Source: Carcharhinus longimanus (Eukaryota). Taken from it: 64,000 nucleotides of DNA. Made by a program: the position numbers and the translations under genes. This document shows positions 25,394-35,660 of the stretch, piece after piece; the stretch's first letter is position 1, and each line of letters opens with the position of its first letter. The stretch covers positions 70,199,753-70,263,752 of the forward strand of contig JASCQW010000190.1 in the NCBI GenBank assembly GCA_030264375.1, read 5' to 3'. Below the pieces are notes generated by a model. That model was given only the letters and a program-made list of their open reading frames with translations. It searched no databases and had not been told where the DNA came from.

Positions 25394-28214
25394 GTAGGTA
25401 CATTCATTACTCTGTGTGTCAACTATATAGATAATTGTTTTTATTAATGAACAAGATTGTTTTGTTGATCTTTTTAAAAAAAAAGCTGATTTGTAATTTG
25501 CAATATGTTAGCAAAATTTGCTATCCTGAGAATGCTTCTTGCTGAGGTAGTTTGAATCCAGACGGTAAAATTTCTTATGCAAAATGGAGGAATTATTTGA
25601 TGCTCTGCAGTCAAAAGATGAACTGACATACTGGATGAAGTCAGGACACTACCAAAGAAAGACCTACAGCAAGCAAAACACTTGAGGATTACCTTATTGC
25701 TCAGTTTTCATCACTTACGGAAATAACTAGAAATAATCATTTTTGACTGCTTACCTTCAGTTGAATAAATGATGAATAAGGCAACATTTGCTGTTACATT
25801 AATTCATTTAAGTAAAGATGAAAATAAAAGAAGAGCAATGTACATAATCTGTCAGCAGGAAATAGCTATGTTTGCAACGAAACCATATGATTAACTTTTT
25901 GTTCATTTTGAATGATCAATTTGGAGCCCGAGTTTAAAGGTGAATGATGGAAGCAGTCACTGGTGTTTGTATGTTATTTGCTAAAGATTCGAGAACCTCA
26001 AATAAAGATATAAAGATCCTTGCAAGCCACCTTTTTGCCCTTAGCTGCTTTCAAAATATCAGAAGGCGTGATGTGTATTTGTTAGAAATAGAACACTTGC
26101 TTTTGTTATCCCATCCAATGTCTTTTCACCTTCACTCTAATTTTGAACAGATGACATAAAACAATCAATTTCTAGCAAGTGGGTTTTCTGTGAACTGAAG
26201 CTATATTTTGGCCTAACCTCAGGTCCAATCTGATAAACCATGTTATCAAGTGATTACATTGTCCGAAACAAGAGCCTGAAACTTAATCAAAATTTGCAGT
26301 ACAAAGTGAATTTTGAAAAAAAATTGAAGCTGTTTTGAGAAATTCATTTGAGTGCAGAATTTATTTTTTGTTTAAATGCCCTTATATTCAACATTGTACA
26401 CCATCATCATTGTCCAGTTCCTGGAGTTGAATTTCTCAAATTATTTTATAAGTTGCTTTAATTAAAACTCAAATGAAAAGCAACAACTTTGTACTTTGTA
26501 CTAGCGCTCTAAAGTAATAAAATGTCCCAAGGCTGATCTATTGATGTATTAATTTGCTGACCTGAACAAAATTTGATACAGTAAATGCAAACTTACATTG
26601 AATGCTGAAAAATTGATTGTTGCTGGAAATGAAAAGTAATACCATGTAGCGAAAACCTTGCACCTTAATGTTTTTTTCAGAAGACATCCAAAGTAATTGG
26701 TCATTTATCTTTTTTTGGTAAGTGGGATGTCTGACTCACACACACAAACCATTATTTATGTAAGATAAAATTTTCGTTTAAAATCATCTTCAGAAAAGTG
26801 TGTGTCTGGGACCTATTCTGGTTCTGCACAGTGTTCTTTACAATAGACCTAAATATTAGATTGCTCTCATAGGGTTTTATGTACTGTAAAAATATTTGAT
26901 TGAAATTATCCTGAAGGTTGTTGCTGCATTTTATTATAAATCTTTGAACAAATTCCTCCATTTTACATTTGTAATTTTTTTGTATGATTTAGGAAACTGA
27001 TTCAAATAATCGCATGGGAAATATCATCAAGTATTTTCTATGGGGACATCAGTCTTCAAGTCTTAAGTAGTATTTTCTGCCAGTTGCTAGTTAGAATAGC
27101 GTCTATTGTGTAGTAACATTGCTGTAATCTTATTTGGTTGGTGGAATATATTGGCCTTTCAACCAGTTTATAAATTGACCATTTAGTATTTTATTTAGTC
27201 ATGTTCTGCAAATTTCACATGGTAAAATTTGAATTTGTTCCCACAGTTATAAAGTTGCTGAGATTAATTTTAGTAGAGGATGAGAAAATATATAATTCAC
27301 TTCCAGTCAGCCCCCACTCCGAGGATAGTCAAACTACAGACATGCAGAAACATGGGCATTTTAGTAATGAATCATGACTTAGAATCATTGAATGTTTGCA
27401 GCACAGAAGGAAGCCTGTTCTGCCCATGCTGATTCTTTGCAAGAATAATTCATCTAATGCCACTCCCCTTTATTATTCCCCATAGCCGGCATTTTTTTCC
27501 CCCTTCTTCAGTTAAGGATCCAATTCTCTTTTGAAAGCCATGATTGAATCTAGCTCCACCACATTCTCTGGATTCCAGGACCTAGTCACTCACTGATTCA
27601 GAAAAAAACTTTTCCTCCTGTTGCCATTACTTCTTTTGCCAATCACCTTGAATCAGTGTGCTCTGATTCTTGATCCTATCACCAACAGGAAGAAAAATGC
27701 TCATGATTTTTGAATACCACCTTCAAATCTGCTATTGATCTTCTCCTCCAGGGAGGATGGTCCCAATTGATCCATGTGACTGACATGCCCCAACCCTGGA
27801 ATCATTCTTGTGAAGCTTTTCTATACCCTCTCCAACTTGCCATCCATATTTACCGTTCAGCTGTTGCATAATTATTTGGCAGCTCTGCAATCCCAATGAA
27901 CTGGGCTGTGTATCAGCCGCTCCTTCTTGATACCATGTTGCCATATTAAAGAGCAGGAACACAGTATGTACCAGTGAGGTGGCAGCCTTAATAGCACCTG
28001 TTGATGTGCGCAGACACAGAGCTGAACAGCCGCCTTCAGTGGAGTACTATTCTATGATTCTGTCAAGTAGGTTTGACTGGGGCAAGTGTGACTTCATCGG
28101 TGAGCAGGTGGTAAGTAGAAAATGTTTGGATTTTTTGGTTAAAAATCAAAGGTCAGACATTTTCATCAGATCAACCATTATTTGCATTATTCACTTTAAT
28201 TACTTTTAAAATGA

Positions 28215-28454
<240 letters not shown>

Positions 28455-28849
28455 TAATTAGTGAAATTGACTGAATATATCCTGGTGTTCAATTTTCAGT
28501 TCCATTTGTGTATTACTCTATCTACGTTTCTTCAGATGCATTGGTCCTGGGCAAAGGAAATTGAGAGTGACTAACTCGAGGGCTATTAAATCTGAAGAGC
28601 TCAGTTATACAATTGCTCTTAGTCTGTAATTCTGAAACCAACTGTCAGCTCCATTCTTGTTTCAGATGTTAATGTGATAGTTTAAGGCTGCACTTTTATG
28701 GAAGTTTCATTTGGAGGCTTTATGCTGAGCTAAGAGTACTTGTTGTGGAATTCCTGGCTGGTTGGGGTTTAATATCGGGCTCTGAGTGCCTCAAAGATTG
28801 AATTTCCTGAGTACCTTTATGTCCCAAATTTAGCATTGAAGCCATAATT

Positions 28850-29172
28850 CTTTTATGGGATGTAGAGTGTCACTGGCTGGGCCAGCATTTATTGCCCATC
28901 ACAACAGACTGTTAAGAGTCAGCCACATTGCTGTGGATCTGGAGTCATATGTAGGCCATGCCAGGTAAGGGTAGTAGATTTCCTTTTTTAGTGGACGTTA
29001 GGGAACCAGACGGGTTTTTACAACCATCGACAATGGGTTTATGATCATCGGACTTGTAATTCCAGATTTTTATTGAATTCAAATTTCATCATCTGCCATG
29101 GTGAAATTCGAACCCAGGTTCCCAAATCATTACCTTTCTAGTCCAGTGATGATGCCACTAGGCATTGCCTCC
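28850..29172 (-). mobile_element. tRNA-derived SINE with LINE-type tail
   Basis: Minus strand B-box gggttcgaattt and tail gggcaataaatgctggcccagcc. Tail pieces recur at about 46070, 55450, 57790 and 61620. Confidence 0.7.
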
Positions 29173-29543
29173 GCACATGATAGTGGAACCTTTTGTGGCA
29201 ATTTTTGGATTTAAGGATTACCCTCTGGATTTCAAAATATTTAAAGACAGAACCAACTTGTTAGCAAGAAACTACAAATTATTTATACTATACCACAGAT
29301 AAGCAGATGTTTACCTCTTGTCAAATTTGTTTTGTTGGCCTTAAATATAAAATTTCCAATGCTTTTTAATATGTATGCTCTATATTATACTGATAACTGG
29401 CTAATATTTATTTGAATATAAATGTTATGCATTGCTTATCAAACTGCTACTGATTTAAGTAAGACAAATAGTTGCATATGTAATAAATTTTAAGACCCAA
29501 TTTTGCTTTGAAGACACTGTCCATATTTTGCTCTTACTTTTAG

Positions 29544-29614
29544 TTTGAGATGCTTACTGGTACGTTGCCATTTCAAGGTAAAGACCGGAATGAAACTATG
29601 AACATGATACTCAA
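29544..29614 (+). CDS. RPS6KA6: RSK4 exon (71 bp): FEMLTGTLPFQGKDRNETMNMIL(K)
   Basis: cttttag| ... AA|gtaagt. DRNETMNMILK matches RSK4. Ends in phase 2. Confidence 0.96.
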
Positions 29615-30759
29615 GTAAGTTTGTTAAGTGTACTTCTGTGCAGTTCATATTCTTGCTCTAGCTTGTAGGGGGCATAATAATGCTTAACTTAATAAACGCA
29701 CCATGGAAACCCCCTTGGTGACCGTTTTGAGGTTACAGGAAAATATAATGGATATTGGAAAAAAAAATGATCATATAGAGGTTTATTTTAAGTAGGAGCC
29801 TGTCATAGACATGGCAGTTCATTCAGTCTTTCATAATTGGGGGATAAAAGATAATTAGAGAGAGAGTTCTATTTTTCTGTACCCCCTTATTGACAATTGT
29901 ATGCGCCCTAATGCTGGTCTCTGCTTTTTGCTCCTGGCTTATTCAATAAAATGAAAACTCCTGCCACTTAAAACTGTGAGAAATATAGGATTTGTTTTTA
30001 TTCTTGATGTTACAGTTTGGGAGGGGCTTGTCATTTTCTGAAATCAACATAAAATCAATCAAAATTCACTCAGGAGAGGCATGCAGATTAAAATGCAAGT
30101 CTAGGAAGCAGTTTTAATGGAAACTTTTCAAGTTAGAGGTGAGTGTTTGGCCTCATGTCACTCGGCCAACTTGACTAATTTATTTAAACGTTCTTTAATT
30201 AGTTTAGATGGCCGCAAGTCTAAATGGATAATCTGAGAGAAACACATTGCAATACAGTGAAGTTCTAAATTTTACTTTGCGGTTGGTGCTCTCTGCTCCC
30301 ACCTGCCCCATGCCTTGTGTTAACTGCACATCAATCTGTCAGAAGTAGATAGAGGTGTCAAATTTAAATGGGGAATAATGGAGAGTGATTACAACACACA
30401 AATCTAATTGAGGATTACAACTTATGTGATAAACAAGCTTAAACTGCAGAAAATTGCATATTTCATCTGAAACCACAAAACGAGATTGTAATTTGAAAAT
30501 CATCATTGACGTCTGCTATTTGTAATGTAAACGGGTGTAATTTTTAAATTCTTTGTGCTGGCTGCAGATAATTGGATATATGATGGCTTTGAAGATGAGA
30601 TTAAATATTGAAATGTCATTGCTTCAAACTGATTCATTTTTCTGTAGTAAACAGCTACTTTATAATAAATCAAAATTATTCTTATGGATTCAGTAATAAA
30701 CCACTGTAGCTACACAGTTTATGGACCAGATTTTCTGCGCTTTTTCATTTTCCATGTTT

Positions 30760-30861
30760 NNNNNNNNNNNNNNNNNNNNNNNNNNNNNNNNNNNNNNNNN
30801 NNNNNNNNNNNNNNNNNNNNNNNNNNNNNNNNNNNNNNNNNNNNNNNNNNNNNNNNNNNNN
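30760..30861. other. Assembly gap (others: 3659-3758, 8638-8737, 11171-11361, 12190-12289, 20243-20314, 32118-32217, 57493-57592)
   Basis: Runs of N, mostly 100 bp, which suggests unknown-size placeholders. Confidence 1.
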
Positions 30862-32217
30862 GTTTGTTGCCGGTGGGACTGATGGACCCCATCGACATGA
30901 ATGACCACAAGATTCCAGCCTATGCCTTAAGACTAAAACATTGCAATATTATAAGATACAGCTTTCACTTCCAAAGACTCCTTAGCTCTAAATTAACACC
31001 AACTTCAATAAACCATTGTCAGAATAAACATTTGGCCCACACTACCACATTGAACAGAAAAATATTTAATGTAATTAGGGTACTAGTGCCAGATGTCACA
31101 TAATGGCACTGTAAAGCCAATGCCCCTGCAGCATGTTATATCATCTTGACAAGTTTAAGATTTTAAATTTCCAAATGTCCATATCATAGGCCTAGGCAGA
31201 ACAATGTATATATTGAAAAAACAGTTTCTAAAATTAAATCCAAATATACATCTTAATGTATTTTAGTTGTATAAATAGCCCAATTATATTTTGAAGATTA
31301 GCTAACCTTATCGGAATTATGCAAGTCAGCTATTGGAAACATTAATTTACATTCACTTAAAAGTCAAATACTTTTTTTATTACATGGGAGTTGTGCCATT
31401 ATTTAGGGAGGTTGTATTCTATCTACATAGAATATTTAAGATAATTGACAGAAGAACCAAAGAGGGGGTTTGGGGTAAGAATGCTTTTTACACAGAGTTC
31501 AGAATCTGAAATGCACCAGGTGAAAATTTCAGTTGCAACTTTCAAAAGGCAATTGAGTAGAACTGTGAAAAATTAAACTCAAAATGTGGCTGGGCTGTGG
31601 GGAAGAAAAAGGAATTGAATTAATTGGATTGCTCTTTCAGAGCCAATACAAGCCTGATGGGCTGAATCGTCCCCTTCTATGCTCTGAGTCTATGGTGATT
31701 AGGCTAATTGGTTTCTCTGTCAAATTCTGTTTTTATTGCATTGAGTTTGAACATGTACGCCCAAAGATTCCATTTTCCATGAAACCTGCAAATTGATGGC
31801 TGGGGAAGTATGTGACAGAATGAGAAATTTGACAAGCAACTGCCAAAGCCTCCATTCTATTGACCCAACACCGTGGCAGTCTTTGGTGCTTTGCAGGTTC
31901 ATGCCATTGATGCTTTCTATCTTAGGTGAATAAAGTTCATTTATAGGACTACTGTAGATTGCTTGCCCTTTGCTCAAGTGAGCCTATCTTGCATGGAATG
32001 AGAATGATCATGAACTTAGAGAAGAAGTGTAAATACTGTATGTTAAGTAAAGATTATGAAGCAGCTGCTATATATTAGTATGCAATGTTGAGTATCATTT
32101 AAATAAAATAATCCATTNNNNNNNNNNNNNNNNNNNNNNNNNNNNNNNNNNNNNNNNNNNNNNNNNNNNNNNNNNNNNNNNNNNNNNNNNNNNNNNNNNN
32201 NNNNNNNNNNNNNNNNN

Positions 32218-32700
32218 TTCTTGCTCTCGAGGGAGTGCAGCAAAGGTTTACCAGACTGATTCTGGAGACAGTGGGACTGATGTATGAGGAGAGATTGACC
32301 AGGTTAGGATTGTTTTCACTGGAGTTCAGATGAATGAGGGGATCTCAATTCTAACAGGATTAGACAGGGTCGATGCGGGGAGGATATTCCTGATGGTGGG
32401 GGGAGTCCAGAACCAGGGGGTCACAGTCTGAGGATTCAGGGTAGACCATTTAGGACAGATGTGAGGAGACATTTCTTCACCCGGTGAGCCTGTGGAAATC
32501 ATTCCCACAGGAAGTAGTTGATACCAAAACATTGAATATATTCAAGAGGCGACTGGATATAGCACTTGGGGGTGAACGGGATCAAAGGTTATGGGGAGAA
32601 AGCAGGATTAGGCTATTGAGTTGGATGATCGTAATGAATGATGGAGCAGGGGCTCGAGGGGTTGAATGGCCTCATTCTGCTCCTATCTTCTACGTTTCTA
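32218..32700 (+). mobile_element. CR1 LINE ORF2 C-terminus plus 3'UTR
   Basis: LEGVQQRFTRLI...YEERLTRLGLFSLE; tail gaatggcctcattctgctcctat. Confidence 0.88.
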
Positions 32701-32785
32701 TCTGATCGTTATCAAGGTGTGGGATCTTACTGTGTGCAATGGCAAAACAATATAGTAGATTCCTGAATGTGCTGACACTCCAATA

Positions 32786-33212
32786 CTCTGCAGCCCCCAT
32801 TATGCCTCAGTGCAGCCCCCATTACACCTCAGTGCAGCTCCCATTACATCTCAGTGCAGCCTCTATTACACCTCAGTGCAGCCCCATTACACCTCAGTGC
32901 AGCCCCCATTACGCCTCAGTGCAGCCCCCACATACACCTCAGTGCTGCCCCTAGTACATCTCCGTACAGCCCCAATTACACCTCAGCGTAGCCCCTATTA
33001 CACCTCAGTGCAGCCCCCATTATATTTCAGTGCAGCTCCCATTACACCTCAGTGCAGTCCCCATTACACCTCAGTGCAGTCCCCATTACACCTCAGTGCA
33101 GCTCCCCATTACACCTCAGTGCAGCTCCCATTACACCTCAGTGCAGTTCCCATTACACCTCAGTGCAGCTCCCATTACACCTCAGTGCAGCTCCCATTAC
33201 ACCTCAGTGCAT
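32786..33212. repeat. Minisatellite, unit about 22 bp (cctcagtgcagcccccattaca), about 19 copies
   Basis: Head-to-tail units of 21-23 bp with no spacers. Confidence 0.95.
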
Positions 33213-33857
33213 GCGAATCATTGAGGAACTGCGGGAATGTTTGGAAATGCAACTCTTTCAATTGGAAAATGGAGATGTTCAGAGCCACAGTGATATGGAT
33301 TACACTTTCTCCCCATCCTGTATTTCTGCAGTTTTCCAGCTCCATCCCTCCTGGAGACACTCTGTAGATTATTGAGTGAAACAGGCCTCCCTCTCACTGC
33401 TGTCCTGCGTGTTTATTTGATCAGGAATGTACACTGTGGATCATTCTGGTTAATAATTACTCTGAAAACTAACTGCGTCTACAGTTGGTGGATTATAATC
33501 AGTCAGCATATTTCCCAGGCTAGAGCAAGGAAAGGTCAGCCATGCACTACATGAACTTTGACCATTGACTTCTCCCTCCCCATGGAGATTGGCTGAGGGT
33601 GGATGTGACCTTTGCTGTAATGCAGCCTGACTCCCGTGCACTCCCCGCACACAGTCACAGCAAAGACCGTCTCCCTGGCTGGGACAGTGGAGGGTGGGCC
33701 TCTGGCCAAGGAGCATAACACAGTGAGAATGAACATTGAGGTACCAGGGGCAAACTGGAGGAGACGGAGAGAGACATTGAGAGAAAAGCATCCGTGAAAA
33801 TACATTAACCCTGACATGTACATCCCTGGGCAGTTTATGCGGCTGATGCTGTATATA

Positions 33858-34525
33858 AAGAACAAGACAGCCCAGGAACAGGCCATTCAGCCCAACAAGC
33901 CTATGCCAATTTCTAATCCATGTTTGGATCTGGTGTGTTGGACCAGGGTGGGCTCAGTAAGAAGTTTCACATCACCAGGTTAAAGTCCAACAGGTTTATT
34001 CGGAATCTTGAGCTTTCGGAGCACTGCTCCTTCCTCAGTTGGACTTTAACCTGGTGTTGTGAGACTTCTGACAATATTTCAACCCATTTATTGCCCGTAA
34101 GCGATTTCTATCCCTCTGTTCGCACACAATCCACCCCCCTCCCCTGACCCCGTGTCGTATCAAGATTCTTCTTAAATGTTGCTAATGGGCCTGCTTCCCC
34201 CACCTCCTCTGGCAGCGCGTTCCAGGCACCCAGCGCTCTCTGTGTGGAAAAACTTCCCCCTCATGTTACCCCTAAACTTCCCCCTCTCACCTGTGCCCTC
34301 TTGAAGTTGACCTTTTCACCCTGGGAAGAAGCCTCTGACTATCCACCCTGTCTGTGCCTCTCATCATTTTGTAGATCTCTATCAGGTCTCCCCTCAGCCT
34401 CCGTCTTTCTAGTGAAAACAATCCCAGTTTATTCAACCTCTCCTCATAGCCAACACCCTCGAGACCAGGCAACATCCGGGTGAACCTTTTTGCACTCTCT
34501 CCAAAGCTTCCATATCCTTCTGGCA
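33858..34525 (-). mobile_element. CR1 LINE 3' region interrupted by a Penelope-type insert (about 33925-34072)
   Basis: ORF 34287-34475 YEERLNKLGLFSLERRRLRGDLIEIYK; tail at about 33860-33920. Confidence 0.85.
34010..34038 (-). ncRNA. Minimal hammerhead ribozyme core in a Penelope-type terminus
   Basis: Minus strand reads CUGAGGA-A-GGAGC-agu-GCUCC-GAAA-GCUC: CUGANGA and GAAA boxes with a 5-bp stem II. Confidence 0.6.
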
Positions 34526-35005
34526 GTTACTAAACCCTTATCAATAGGCCAATATATCACCAACTTTCCATTGGCTCCCATTGAATGGTCTTCACTGACT
34601 CCGTCTGGTAAAATCCGAGATTTCATTTATAAACTGCCGCCTGATTAGATCCAGAGGAAATAGTGAAAAACAATCCCTCATGGAGTCCTGCGGCAGATAG
34701 ATGCATCTGCAAGAAAATGAAAACTGCACAAAGAATAGACAATGACTCCAGTTTGTAACAACAACTAAGACATTGTGAGGCTCCAGGCTGATTGTGCTGA
34801 ACAGGGTTTATTTCTACAAAAGCAGAAACATTGGAAGCAGACTACAACACGAACCAAACATAATCCCTGCCAGCACAACTTCACAAACAATTACCTGCTG
34901 GCTGAGGGAGAACAGTCTAGCTCACATACTCTATGGAATAGCGGGGAATAGAAACTTGCATTACTCTGCCGAAGCACAAAATGTTATCCCACTGATGCAC
35001 GACAG

Positions 35006-35050
35006 GTCTTCTCAGAATGTTATTCAAGCGAAATCCTGGGAACAGACTAG
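35006..35050 (+). CDS. RPS6KA6: 3' half only of the RSK4 exon: (S)LLRMLFKRNPGNRL(G); the expected 5' half AKLGMPQFLSxEAQ is absent
   Basis: GT CTT CTC AGA ATG TTA TTC AAG CGA AAT CCT GGG AAC AGA CTA G|gtactg. An in-frame TGA at 34993-34995 blocks any upstream extension. Confidence 0.85.
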   Translation, partial: VFSECYSSEILGTD

Positions 35051-35660
35051 GTACTGCTTATTTTTTTATCATCATCCATCTCTATATTGAAGTTATTGTT
35101 TCCAGTTATTGTTGGATATTGGTGGATATGTATCTGATAATGAAGATCAATTGGCACTGCGAAAAAATCATTGCAATACTTTGTTGCATGCCTATTGATG
35201 TCGTTGTCTATAGAATGCTGGAAATACTTTTTTGAAGTTTATTGCATTTCTATTCCTTTACATTTAATCTTTAAAGTGATAGAATAATAAATTGTAAGGA
35301 GGAGGTTTTTTTTTTGTGTCGAGAGTGTCCCCAGTGCAAATGCTTTACAAACAGAGTTTTCTACCCTCTTGGCTGCCCAACAGATTAATGCAAAGAAATA
35401 ATAGGAAAGACAACACTGGAAAAAAACTCTTAATTTATCTGCCAACCAACATCATCGGCTCTCATCTCCCATTCACTATCCCATTTACGTATCCAATTCC
35501 CCCATGAATTTACAGACACAATCCACCACTTACTCATTCAGCTGATTTCAGACATTCACCAGTAGAAACAATAAAATCTGAACTGAAAGTTCATTCTTTT
35601 CTTGGCTTCTGTCTTGCCTAAGATCAGATGTATGTTATGGCCATGTAGAACCAGACCTTT

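Noticed and set aside
32739-33375. Long ORFs (185 aa, 107 aa) and a CRISPR-like regular repeat
   Set aside because: The ORFs are read-through of a stop-poor 22-bp tandem unit. There are no unique spacers or cas genes, and the context is eukaryotic.
34981-35005. 25-nt AT...AG micro-intron that would rejoin SAEAQ to SLLRM
   Set aside because: Far below the minimum vertebrate intron size, has no U2 or U12 donor consensus, and the upstream sequence still lacks AKLGMPQFL.
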